Assembly (NCBI RefSeq): GCF_011386835.1 | Contig: NC_088795.1 | Location: 133,858,001-133,922,000, forward strand | Origin: Chrysemys picta bellii | Taxonomy: Eukaryota | Length of the DNA stretch: 64,000 bases | Direction: 5' to 3' | Shown here: positions 51,506 through 63,310 of the stretch, in pieces | How positions within the stretch are numbered: position 1 is the first letter of the stretch | Layout of the letters: the number at the start of each line of letters is the position of its first letter | Program-made: the position numbers and the translations under genes | Notes under the pieces: generated by a model | The model's database searches: none | Seen by the model: the letters and a program-made list of their open reading frames with translations, nothing else | Told to the model about the DNA's origin: nothing

Positions 51506-53996
51506 TGAGTGCCTATCAATCCTTGGTGGTGAGGTGAGAAGAGGAGCTATGCTGAACTGAGCAGGGAAGACTTGGTATAAAAAGTCACTTGCTAGGTGAA
51601 CTAAAGATCCACAAACAAAGGCAGCTAACAGGGGAGTTTCAGAAAGAGTTTGGAGGGGGATTGTGAGAGGCTTTTCTTCCAGGTTCAGCTCCATGTGTGA
51701 TATTAGGATGGCCAGTGATGGAACAGTGGTGGTGACCTGCAACAGAAGCGCCATGTTCTCTTCCTGCCTGAAGCCAGATGAGATTTCCTGTGCATGAAAT
51801 GTAAATTGGTGGCTATGCTGGAGGAAAAGATTATTGGATTGGAAGGGGAAGTTGAGACACTAATGAAAATAAGAGAAGCTGAAAAGTTCCTAGACAAGGA
51901 AGTTCAGAAAACATCAGTAGCCCAGATTCAAGGAAGAATGGAGATGGGCATAAAAGGAATTGGCAAGAGTGGAAGTCAGAGAGGAGGAAAAAGGTCATAG
52001 TGTCATTCTATATCATTGGAGACAGATGAGGATAGCAAGACTGTGGCCTCCAGAGAGAAGAGCAGCAGCAGGAATTCCACACAGCTGGAAATTTCAAATC
52101 AATATGAAGTCCTCAGCATGGAAACTATGGAAGATACCTCTTAAAGTCCAGCACATCCCAGGGAAAGGAGAGATATATAGAAGACATGTGTGAATTGCAG
52201 TTTGGCCAAACCTATAAAAAAAAATCAAGCTTACCTGCAAAGAGTTCTCCAACAATCCAAGAAAGACAGATGATTCTTGTTGGAGATTCAATACTCTGAA
52301 GAATTCAATGACCATTCTGCAACGGACATGAGGACAGCAGAACAGAGTGCTGCCTTCCTGGAGCCAAGACACAAGAATCACTCTAAGATTGGACAGGCTT
52401 CTGAAGTCTACAGGCAAGGATCCATTGGTGATGGTTCATATCAGCGCTAATGACAGTATGTTTCAGGATCTCTTGCAGAAAACAGAAGACCTCAGGGAAT
52501 TCAGAAGCATGCTGAAGAAGAATGTCTAAGCCATCCTCTCTGAGATCCTTCCTGTCCCACAAGCAAGGGAAGACAGAAGACAAAAGATTCCAGAAGTGAA
52601 TTGCTGCCTTGGTGTAGTGGGGAGAGCTTTGGTTTTGTGGAACTTTGGTCCATCTATGGGGATAGAGTAGAAGGGGAACCAATCTCCCTGGGCATAGGCT
52701 GGCTAGAGTAGTAAGGAGGGAAACTAACTAACAGCAAAAGGGAAGGGTCAAAAGAGTGAAGATATAAACACTGAGTTAGCACAAAATATAGATGTTGAGA
52801 ACAAAATTAATCAAGTAAACAAAGGAATGAAGATAAGAAATTCTTGAATTGCCTATACAGTAATGCTAGGAACCTGGGTAACAAACAAGAGGAATTCAAA
52901 TTGCTCATATATGAGTATAATTTTGATCTAGTTGGTATTATTGACACCTGGTGGGATGATTAGCACAATTGGAATGCTAAAATCAATTATTATAACATAT
53001 TTAGGAAGGATCAAGTGGACAAAATGGGAGGGGGAGTTGCTTTTGCTAGCTGACCTTGACCCAGCATCCATCTGCACCAGCTCACAGCCGCAATGAGTTG
53101 CCCGATGACCTCCTGACAATGCTGCACATTTTGATTAACACACTAGAATGAGAAAATTTACATGGCACACACTAATTGGATTCAAAACTAGCTAACTGAA
53201 AGGTCTCAAAATGTAATTGTAAACTGGGAATCATCATCAAGTGGGTCTATTTCCAGTGGGGTCTAGCAGGGATCTGTTCTTGGCCCTACACTATTTAACA
53301 TCATTATCAATGCCCTGGAAGGCAAAAAAAATCATCACTGATACAGTTTGTAGATGACACAAAAATTGGGGGAATGGTAAATAGTAAACAAGACAGGTCA
53401 CTGATTCAGAGAGATCTAGATTGCTTGGTGAACTGGGCTCAAGCAAACTATGCATTTTAATACGGCGAAGGGTAAATGTATACATCTAGGAGCAAAGAAT
53501 GTAGGCCATACTTACAGGATGGGGGACTATGTTCTGGGAAGTGGTAAGTCTAAAGAAGATTTGGAGGTAATGGTGGATAATCTGATGAACGTGACCTCCC
53601 AGTGAGACATGGTGGCCAAAAGAGCTAATGCAATCCTGGGATGCATAAACAGGAGTAGAGAAGTTATTTTATCTCCATATGGTTCACTGGTGCAGCTGCT
53701 ACTGGAATACTGTGTCCAGTTCTGCTGTCCACAATTCAAAAAGGTTGTTGATAAATTGGAGAAGATTCAGAGAAGAACCACAAGAATGATTAAAGGATTA
53801 GAAAACATGCCTTATAGTGGTAGACTCAAGGAGGTCAATCTATTCAGAGTAACAAAGAGAAAGTTAAGGGTGACTTGATTAGAGTCTATATGTACCTACA
53901 TGGGGAACAAATATTTAATAATAGGCTCTTCGATCTAGCAGAGGAAAGTATAACATGATCCAATAGGTGGAAGCTGAAGTTAGACAAATTCAGATG

Positions 53997-55172
53997 TGTC
54001 AGGGACCAGACCAGCTAGGAACAACTGCTGTCCTGCTCCCAGATTAAGTGTGCTGCTAGGCAACCAATGAGCCCAGCTGCATTGCCTTAGACCAGAGGTT
54101 CTCAAATTGTGGTCCGTGGACCACCAGTGGTCTGCGAGCTCCATTCATGTGGACCGCGGATAGTTCCCTCTAAGGTGCATGCTTGGGCGGCCGCACACGA
54201 GAGAATGAAGGGCCACCCAGCTAATTAGTGGAGCCGCGCAGGCATGGATCTATTAATTAGGTGCCTGGACCCTGGAGAAGACGCACATGTAAGGTGAGGT
54301 GGTGGCCTTGGGGGGAATAGGGAGTAGGTGGGAGGGGCAGTGAGGTGAGAAGAGGGGGTGGGGGAAATTTGGGACATGCAGGGCTGCGGTGGCCAGAGAA
54401 AGAGGCGACTTTCCCCAGCCCCAGGGCTGTGGCCGCCGGCGAGAAACAGCCCTCCTTCCCAGCTCCAGGGCTGCTGCAGTGGGGGAGAGAAGGCGCATCC
54501 ATTGCATTAGAAAGGTAAGACTACTGATATTAAAATATGAGTTTTGTGCTTTTATTTGTAGAACTAAAAAACGTTTATTATTATTAAGGTTTTTTTTTAA
54601 TATAGTGCTTTTATTCAAAGCGCTTTACAATAGTTAGCTAACGGTACAAACAACATTTGGAAAGATCATTAAGTGGTCCGCCAAGACCCTCAGCAATTTT
54701 CAAGTGGTCCATGGAAAAAAAATTTTTTTTGAGAATCACTGCCTTAGACCTCTTAGACACTCACAGCTCCTGACTGACTCCTGGTTTAGCTGGGCTGCTT
54801 AAAAGCCTGGCCCCCACAGCAGTTCATAGGCTGCTCAATGCATACTAGACTCACAGCAGAGCTTGCCCTTGTTCCAGTCCTTCCTCCTGCTTATTCCAGT
54901 TCCCTGCTCCTGCTTGTCTCAGCCTGCGTCCAGTGTATGCTCCTGCCCGGCTCCCCATTAGCTTCAGTGTTTTGGTTTCGAACCCTGGGTTTGCCTCTGC
55001 TGGCTTATGACTCCAGTTGACCCTTCTGTTCCGGCATTTGGCTTCTGCCCCTCTGGTACTGATAGATCAGCTTGTTTCCTGTACTCCACTCACCCTGGAC
55101 CCAGCTCTAACTCGTAGGTTGAACTCTTGCCTTCACCACTAGGCATGACTGCCCATGGCCTGGTTGGTGACA
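53997..55172 (+). mobile_element. Solo LTR (TGTCA...TGACA) inserted in CR1, itself carrying a hAT MITE
   Basis: The CR1 sequence aaattcaga|ctggaaataagg is split exactly here. Terminal inverted 5-mers tgtca/tgaca; the TSD is degenerate (gatg/gact). Confidence 0.7.
54093..54741. mobile_element. hAT (Charlie-like) MITE, 649 bp, sister of 30349-31011
   Basis: TIRs cagaggttctcaaa / tttgagaatcactg and a perfect TSD ccttagac. Confidence 0.92.
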
Positions 55173-55402
55173 GACTGGAAATAAGGTGTGATTTTTTTTT
55201 AAGGGTGAGAGTAATTAATGATTGGAACAATTTACCAAGGGTCATGGTGGATTCTTCATTACAACAATTTTTAAATACAGGTGAGCTGTTTTTCTAAACA
55301 ATATGTTCTCAGAATTTATTCTGGAGGAGTTTTCTGGCCTGTGTTATACAGGAGGTCAGACTAGATGAACACAATGGTCCCTTCTGGTCTTAGTATCTAT
55401 AT

Positions 55403-55588
55403 TTAGAATTCAATACAATCTTGATATATTGCAGAATTGGTATGACACCAACAGGATGAAACTCAGTAAAGACAAATGCAAAATACTGCATTCATGAAGA
55501 AAAAATGACAAGTACAAAACGGGGAATAACTAGCTAGGCAGTGCTGAAAAGGATCTGGGGGTTACGCTGGACCATGAACTGAATATGA
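55403..55588 (+). mobile_element. CR1 RT segment, inverted relative to the adjacent minus-strand CR1
   Basis: Encodes IQYNLDILQNWYDTNRMKLSKDKCKILH...LDHELNM, which directly follows in consensus the point where the minus-strand fragment ends at 55589. Confidence 0.7.
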
Positions 55589-56495
55589 ACCCCCTGCTCT
55601 AAAGTGCTAGTAACCCCTTCCAGTTTGGTGTCATTCACAAATTTGATAACCATACTTTTCACTCCATTATATGACATTAATTAAAATACTAAATAGCATT
55701 GGACCCAGGAACACATCCCTGTGGGACCCCACTAGATATGTACTCCCAGTTTGACTGCAAACTATTGAAAACTACTCTCTGAGGATAGTTTTTCAACTAG
55801 TTGTGCATCACCTTATAGTAATTTCATCTAGACCACATTTCCTTTGTTTGTTTATGAGAACATCATGTGGGACTTGTTTTTGTTTTAATGGAGATATCCT
55901 ATCTCCTAGAACTGGAAGGGATCTTGAAAGGTCATCGAGTCCAGCCCCCTGCCTTCACTAGCAGGACCAAGTACAGATTTTGCCCCAGATCCCTAAATGG
56001 CCCCCTCAAGGATTGGACTCACAATCCTGGGTTTAGCAGGCCAATGCTTGAACCACTGAGCTATCCCTCCCACCTTTGACTGCATCAAAAGCCTTAATAA
56101 AATCGATATATACCACATGTATTGCTTCTCTCCTATCCACTAGGCCAGGAAACCTGTCAAAGAAGGAAATTAGGTTGGTTTGGTATGATTTGTTCTTGAT
56201 AAATCCACATTGGCTATTATTTATTGCCCTATTACCCTCTAGGTCCTTCAAATTAATTGTTTAATAAATTTGTTCCAGTATATTTGCAGATATCAAAGTT
56301 AGGCCAACTGGTCTATAATTCCCCAGGTCCTCTTTGTTCCTCTTTTTAAAGATAAGTACTATGTTTTCCCTTCTCCAGTCCTCTCGGATATCACCCATCC
56401 TCCATGAGTTCATGAAGATAATCACTAATGGTTCCAAGACTGCTTCAGCTAGTTCCTTAAAGACCACAGGGTGAATTCTGTCAGGCCCTGCCAAT
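55589..56495 (-). mobile_element. CR1 RT fragment, interrupted by a SINE
   Basis: Minus strand reads GPDRIHPVVFKELAEAVLEPLVIIF...NYRPVGLT...DFIKAFD...FVNDTKLEGVTSTLE. Confidence 0.88.
55874..56074 (-). mobile_element. Tortoise PolIII/SINE inserted in CR1
   Basis: Near-identical to 26591 and 47720. It splits the CR1 RT between ...KAFDA and the following sequence. Confidence 0.93.
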
Positions 56496-57243
56496 GAAAT
56501 TATGCATCTAGAGCTCTTCCAAAAATGCCTTCTCAATGGCATTCCACAAAAATGGGATGGGGGAAACTTAGAACTAAGAAGTCATTGACAAGGTTTTAAC
56601 CATGGGCCTTGCCACCACCTGAATCTTGAAGGCAGTTGCACCCTGTCTGCACAAAAGCTAGCAGCAGCGGTCTTCGCTGAAAGTATCCCTGTAGGTTTTT
56701 ACTGGACGTGAGGGGCAAGAATCTAATGAACAACCAGTTGGGCATAGCTCCTTCAACATTTCAGAGAAGAAAATGTATTTCTATCTTCCTGCACTGATTT
56801 TACCTGTGACAACAACCAAATCATCCTAAATCACAGCTTATCTTTTTCAGCAAAGTAGATAAAGATACTCTTTAAAACGCTTTAAAACTTTAAAACTCAA
56901 CTCTTTAACAGAACTAAGGCAGCCAGATTAATTAGATTACCAACCAACTTGAACAGTTTAGCTGGATCAAATTTTGCTGATGCTAAGGCAGAAGAAGAGA
57001 GACTTCTTTGCCTCTATCAGTCACAGCAGAAGAACGCAAACAATGGCTTGGAAGTTCTAGCGTTCACTGAAAGCAAGAGCTATTTCTCATTAAAATGTAA
57101 TGACCACTTGCCTCTTGCTTGCTGCAGCCTACCAAAATAAAATTGTGTACAAAGCAAGCATATACTCTTCAAATTCTGTTTGACAAAAGGTACGTGGCAT
57201 TTCCTGAAAGGTGTGTCATGTAGCGCACACATTTAATACTTAC

Positions 57244-57510
57244 ATCAAATTCATTTAGTGCCGCAGCAAGTTCTCCAATACCAGTGTGCCCCTTGTTCTC
57301 ATCGGTTGGTGAGGTGGCCTGTGCAGCATTGGAGATACCAGCTATTGCTTCTTGTACTTGTTTGAAGACATAATCTCTGTTGGCCCTAGTGGCTGCTACA
57401 TCAGGGTGACGGAGAAACGCTTGAGATGCTGTGTAGAGCATAGTAGCATTCTTCTTCAGAGCACCTCGAGCAGCAGCCATTTCATCCCTACAGTGAGGAT
57501 CTTTCAGTTC
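57244..57510 (-). CDS. CTNNA2: Catenin alpha-2 coding exon, 267 bp, phase 0/0 (human exon 6 equivalent)
   Basis: Translates to ELKDPHCRDEMAAARGALKKNATMLYTASQAFLRHPDVAATRANRDYVFKQVQEAIAGISNAAQATSPTDENKGHTGIGELAAALNEFD. This is diagnostic of CTNNA2 rather than CTNNA1 (ELKDVGHRDQMAAARGILQK). Acceptor gtttttgtacag at 57511, donor GTAAGT at 57243-57238. Confidence 0.97.
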
Positions 57511-57567
57511 CTGTACAAAAACATACGTACACTGTACAGTTATATAATGAAGCTTTAGCATTAGAGT

Positions 57568-57684
57568 TAGGGTGACTAGACAGCAAAAATCAGGACGGGG
57601 GTGGGGGAATAATAGGAGCTTATATAAGAATAAGTCCCAAAAATCAGGACTGTCCCTATAAAATCAGGATATCCACTCATCCTA
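57568..57684. mobile_element. hAT (Blackjack-like) MITE, 117 bp, about 56 bp upstream of the exon-6 acceptor
   Basis: Left TIR tagggtgactaga, right end atccactcatccta, TSD attagagt / attagaat (7/8). Interior matches 32125-32247. Confidence 0.8.
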
Positions 57685-59062
57685 ATTAGAATATGCTACA
57701 CCCACAGTTACAATGTTTATTCATATATACTCGTAAGTAGGGCCCTGTGGTCCTGATTCTGCAGCAATGGAATCCATCATAGAATTTACCAGTTATGTCA
57801 CAACAAAATGTTCTTCCTGCCCTAGAAAACCTGTTTTTTGTTTTGATTTCTTTTGTTTTGTTTTTCTTCTGTTATAACAGGTCGGCCACATGGAAACATG
57901 GAGGAAAATAAGAGGAAAAAGCTAACGATCTGAAAATGAAGGAAAACTTCTGGGCAAAACATCTAAAAGAACAGCAGCAAGACACACAAAAAAGATAGCA
58001 CGGAATGCTAGTGGACCTCAGGGGAAGAAGAAAAAGAAAGAGAGGGTGGCAACTACATGGAAATATGAATATTCTTAAACACCAGGGAAATTATTAAAAA
58101 TATTTAAAAAAAATAACTGACGTCGAGAAAATATACAAAGTATGTATGAACTAGAAACATGCGTGATGTCAAAAGAAGAAGGAAAGAATCATATCCAGGG
58201 TGGAGAAAGAAACACACACAAGGCAATATTCCTGAAAGGTGGCCTTCTCTGCAGTGTGTGTGGAAGTATATTGTTTCTAAATTGTGTTGCACATTAAAAA
58301 TTCTCTGTAAATTGTTTATTGAAATAATACACTGTAGAGATATTTTGCGGCAGCACTATAATCTGTTCTTTTTTCTCTATTAGAAGGTGTGGAGACTGAT
58401 TGGAAGCAGCATTGGCTGGGAGGAGGCCTAGCTATGAACAGCCTAGAGAATGCACGTGTCTTCTCCTTCCTTTATTTACCATCTCTAGAGGAAAATCTAC
58501 TGTAAAGATCTGTAACAGGGCAAGCCTGCTCTCATTGATTGGGCTGCTTAGGTGAAAGCTATATGCTGAGTGGAGGGGAATGCATAACAGTGAGACCCTA
58601 TGACGTCTGCCCCTATAAGGACCCAAGGTTGCAGTAATCATCAGCTTTGTGTAGGCTCTAAAAGGGAAAAGTCTGACCTTCTGCACAGACATATGTGATT
58701 TTGGATGCTGAATCATTTTTGTCACATTCATGTCTTCTATTTTTTATTTCTTTGTTAATACAAAAAATCAGATTATCTTTTTAATCATCTGAAAACTAAC
58801 GATGTTGTTTGTGAGCATTCATAATAAATTCCTGTTCCTTCTGAAATGGAAAGACTCCTGTTACATTAGACTACCAGAGAGCTCTATCCATATGAACAAC
58901 TTTTTTTTGTTTAAAAAAAAAAAAAAGGCAAAATTTTTCAAATAAATGGTTTCTAATGTTAGGCACCTAAATATGTGGGATAATTTTCAGGAGACTAAGA
59001 TCCTACCAACTCCCTTTGATTTCCATTAGTAGTGTTGGGTGTTTTGAAAATTAGAGCACTTA

Positions 59063-59997
59063 TGTGATAAATGAAGGGAGGGGGGATAGCTCCCTTTTAT
59101 GGGCACCCAGCCAGCCAGTAGCTATAAAATCCCTCTTAGTAACTGTTCTCTAATCGCCCTGTAAAGGGTTAAAAAGTCTCACTGCTATGCATAGGTAAAA
59201 GGAAGTGAATGGGCATATGGCCAAAAGAGCCAATGGGAAGACTAGAACTTTTTAAAATTGAAAAATGATTCCCCCTTTGTCTGTCTGTGGTTGTTCTCCC
59301 AGAGAGAGGGGACAGGGCAGAGCTATGTTGTAAGAAGCTTGGGCCAGGTATGAAAAATCATCAGTATCATACCTAGAAACTGCTCATTTAAAACCCCAGA
59401 TATGTAAGTCGATCAGGAAATGTTTAAGAAGATGAGATTAGGTTTATTCCTTTTATTTCTTTATGGCTTGTGGATTCCTCTGTGCTAACTCCAGGTACTC
59501 TTGTTTTGCTTGTAACCTTTATGCTGGACCTCAAGAAAGCTATTCTTGGGGCTTCATCCTTGTAGTTATTTCTTCTAAAATCTAGCAATAGCCTGAGTTC
59601 CCAGATGTATTTTCTTTCTGTTTTTTTTAAATAAAATTTACCTGTTTTAAAAGCAGAATTGGATTTTTGTGTCCTAAGAGGTTTGTGCACATGTTGTTTA
59701 ATTAGCTAGTGGCAACAGCTGACTTCCTTTGTTTTTCTTTCTTAGCTCTTCCCTGGGGGGTGGGGGTAAAAGGGCTTGAGGGTACCCCACAGGAAGGAAT
59801 TCCCAAAGGTGCCTTCCTTGGCTCTCAAAGGGTTTCTGCACTTGGGTGGTGGTAGCATCTACCAATCCAAGGTCAGAGAAAAGCTGTAACCTTGGGAGTT
59901 TAATACAAGTCTGGAGTGGTCAGTATTAATCTTTAGAATCCTTGCGGGCCCCCACCTTCTGCACTTGAAGTGCCAGAGTGGGGAATTAGCCCTAACA
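59063..59997 (+). mobile_element. Solo LTR, 935 bp
   Basis: TG...CA ends (tgtga/taaca) and a perfect 5-bp TSD ACTTA (59058-59062, 59998-60002). TATAAAA near 59123 and AATAAA near 59630. It is inserted into an old palindromic MITE (about 58960-60050). Confidence 0.88.
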
Positions 59998-60102
59998 ACT
60001 TATTTAGGTGCCTAAATATGAATTTAGAAGCCTAATTTTAGACCATTTTTGAAAATCTGTCAGAACATTTTTGTAAAGAAAATATTATTTTTATAAATAA
60101 TA

Positions 60103-60230
60103 CTTCATGTAGACCACCACACAATGATCAGATAGTGACCTCCAGTCTCTACTGACCTGGACTGGATTGAAGTCACCACTAGATAACGTAATTTCCTTGG
60201 TCATTTACTCTCTTACTCTTTAAGCCATTC
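60103..60230 (-). mobile_element. LF-SINE-like fragment
   Basis: Minus strand reads aatccagtccaggtcagtagagactggaggtcactatctgatcattgtgtggtggtctacatgaa. The LF-SINE consensus as I recall it is AATCCAGCCCAGGTCGGTAGTGACCGAAAGTC...CATCTGACGGCTGTTCGGTGGCCTATGTGAA. Confidence 0.55.
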
Positions 60231-60457
60231 TTAATTGAAGCATTTTTTTTTAAAGGAAAATCTTGAAAAACAAACACTTCTAAAGAAAGGCAACTGTGAA
60301 TTGGAAAATGAATAGGCTTAAGATATAGGTAACGATATAATAATTATTGACAGATCTGATGATGCAAAGCAGAAACAACATTTCTTTGAACACGATAAAA
60401 ACCCAGGTTATTTTATATGACTGAATTTTCACACCCACTGCTTTACAATTTACCCAC

Positions 60458-60577
60458 CTGTTGTCTTCTAGCAGCCACATAGTTAAGTTTCACCATCTCT
60501 TTCCCAAATTCTTTAAAACGATTTGCTAGGTCTTGCTCATTTGTTGCGTTCTTCACAGCTTCCAGTGCTTCTTCTAC
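60458..60577 (-). CDS. CTNNA2: Catenin alpha-2 (alpha-N-catenin) coding exon, 120 bp, phase 0/0 (human exon 5 equivalent)
   Basis: Manual translation gives VEEALEAVKNATNEQDLANRFKEFGKEMVKLNYVAARRQQ. Acceptor ...aaattttag at 60578-60579 and donor GTGGGT at 60457-60452. It is missed by the ORF track, which shows another frame. It joins the next exon in frame. Confidence 0.96.
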
Positions 60578-61831
60578 CTAAAATTTAATAGATGACATTT
60601 ATTAGAGTTTTAATCCGGCTCTGTCACTTTTCCCACCTTGACCAAGTCACTAACCATTCTATGCCCCAGTTTCTCATAGGCAAATTTGACTCTCAGTTAC
60701 ACCAATGTACAGTAACTCTGGAGTAATTCAACTGACCTCAGTTTGGTTTAATAAAGCTAATACAAAAACTTTCTCTTAATGTTGTTCTGAATTACTTTTC
60801 CTTCTTTGCATGCCACTATAATACATACTTTATATAACAGTCATTAGTTTATTCAGATATACTTCCTAGATTAAACATGTTTAATATCTGTGTCATTTTT
60901 TTTATTGGCCAGGCTTGCCAAGGACCTACATTCAACTGTATGTAATTTCTCTGTTCTCTGTCTAGATGTCGGTCTGTCTGTAACGCAATAACTGATGAAT
61001 ACCATACCCAATCCATTACAAAATTTCAGCGGATATTCTAGGCATCAATGGCCTAAACTCTATTGATTTGGGGGGAAATTGGAAAACCAAAAGGAGAAAA
61101 ATGGGGGACCACAAGGATCCTGTGTCATCTGATTAGCAAAGTAACAGCTACAATCAGCTCTGCAATTGTCTATAGAGCAAACAACTGGATGATGGTACCA
61201 TTAATGCCAACCAAGAAAACAATACCCATATCCAAGCTCTGCCTATCCTCCCCATGGAGTTTAATAAGCTGACACCCTGAAGGACTTATCTCCCAGACTG
61301 AAAGAAAACTAATAACTACTGTGGGAGCAAGGCGAGGGAGACCTGGGGGAATAGCACCCATCTCCTGGCATGGGAGGAAAATTGGGGACTCAGGTAACGG
61401 GGAGGGGGAAGTCTGGCAAAGCAGAGATTGGAGTAGCCTGGCATGGGGGAAGTGGGAAATGGAGGCACACATGGAGTCCCAGCAGACACAAAAGGGTGGG
61501 AATGAAGGACCCTGGAATGATGCGAGGAGGACATTGCACACGCAACTACTGGTGGGGGGCAGATTGAGAGAATCAGATATGGAGGAAAGGGGCACACAGA
61601 ACCCCTGGCAAGAGCAAATTGGGGGGAGTTGCAGGAGTCCCTGCAATAGAGAGGGATAGGAGGGTGGCACACAAGGAACTTGTGGGGTGGAATGGAGGGA
61701 TGTAAGGAGCCCGTGACATGTGAAATAAGTCTAGTCAACAGAAGTTACTAAGTGTGTGACCCCCCAATTATAAACAGAGAGAACAATTTCTTAACTGTGT
61801 ATGTGTAGTATAGGCTTTAAATGAAAACTAA

Positions 61832-62095
61832 GGGTATGTCTCCTGTAGCATTTTTGTCAGTAAAACTTACATCACTCACGGGTGTGAAAAAACACCCCCC
61901 TGAGAGACAAAAGTTACACCTACAGAAGTGCCGGTGTGGACAGTGCTATGTCACTGGGAGACACTCTCCCGCTGGCATAGCTACCACCACTTGTTTAGTT
62001 ATGTTGGCACAGAGCAGCTACACGGGAAATCTTATAGCGGCACATCTGCATCAGTACAGCTGTGCCACTGTAAGGTCTCTAGTCTAGATGCGGCC
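61832..62095. mobile_element. PIF/Harbinger MITE, degenerate
   Basis: Ends gggtatgtctcctgtag / ctagtctagatgcggcc, with flanks TAA / TGA. Confidence 0.55.
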
Positions 62096-63310
62096 TGAGG
62101 CTAATTACAGCATATGGGAACAAATCAAAAGCAAAGAAAATTAAACTTACTGTTGAAACTAAATGTATAGAGTACCCTGTGTTACATAGCTAACATAGCA
62201 TGTTTTTAAATGTAGTAAAAACAGGAGGCCCAACATGGAAAAGTAACTGTGGCATAAGAACTAGTTTGCGGCTTCATTTTCTATTTTTTCTCCTGTTCGC
62301 AAATGTGTTGCATTTACTTTTACATAAAAAAGCAGAACTTCCTCTTCATAGTGATTCAAATTTGTTCAGCAAAAGGGGTGAAGATACGAAGCTCCTAGAT
62401 GTATTACTAAGTGCCCGCCTAGTCCAGCTATCCCAAACTTACCAGCCCCAGCATAAAAGCTGCTTACCATCATGATTATAATCAAAAGATTTAAAATGCT
62501 TTATTCATCCTGGAAATAAAATTACCCGTCCTGTGAGCAAGTGGGCAGTGAAATTTTGTGAACTTTTTCTGTCATTTGAGAGATGAGTGAAATTCCCAGC
62601 AGATGGGTTTAATCAGTGAACGTAGATCTATCCTGATCTGTCTCAAGTTGAATTAATGAAATACTTAACTGGAACAATAGGTGTTGTCAATCTGGACATG
62701 CCGTTAACAGCAGACACATGAACCTTCCTTTTTCAGAGGAAAGGTTATTTAATTCCAATAGGGACTTGTTCCTAATAAAGGATTTAGCGCTCTATCTTGG
62801 TCTCTGTAAAGTCTCTGGGACCTCATCAACGTCAATAACAAGAGCAGGCATCTAATTAATTTAGGCAGGGTTTAAAATATACAGGGTCTGCTTCACTGCT
62901 AACTTGTACCTCGTGTTATTTTTACCTTGCAAAGTTAATGTAAAAGGTTGGCACCAGTCCGAGCGCATAATATTCATTCTGTCACGTTTTGCACCCACAA
63001 AGGCTGCACAACGTGCAAGGCCACGGAGAATCAGGCTCACAGAGTCCTGCAGAGAAATCCTTTGGCTGGCAATTTAAATGCACAGCTGTTTCCTGGAGGT
63101 GTTACGCCACATCTAACTGTTATAAGCTGCACTTTGCTTTTGTGGTCGAATCAATCTGAGCCTGTATCATCTCATTTCTTACCCATAAACTGAACAACGA
63201 TGTTCAAATCCTAACTGCCATGACAGCTCCCAAAATTAGTATGAAAACTATATTGTATGGTCTAATTTGTTCCTGCTATTTATCTACCACCACTTGAAAT
63301 ACGAACCCTC

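Larger units (their letters stand above)
51520..55400 (+). mobile_element. Near full-span CR1 LINE (5' UTR, ORF1, APE start, large internal deletion, RT end, 3' UTR), interrupted at 53997-55172
   Basis: ORF1: LCMKCKLVAMLEEKIIGLEGEVETL, with esterase GDS... and DPLVMVHISAND. APE: CLYSNARNLGNKQEE...LVGIIDTWWD. RT: GSVLGPTLFNIII...QFVDDT. 3' end gactagatgaacacaatggtcccttctggtcttagtatctat. Confidence 0.9.

Noticed and set aside
26591-56074. tRNA genes at the tRNA-like heads (26793, 47720, 56074)
   Set aside because: Each continues into the CR1-derived SINE tail and lacks a proper acceptor stem, so these are SINEs.
61170-61738. Cluster of 112-166 aa ORFs
   Set aside because: A purine-rich, G-rich low-complexity tract gives open frames on both strands. 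There is no domain signature and no splice-site support.
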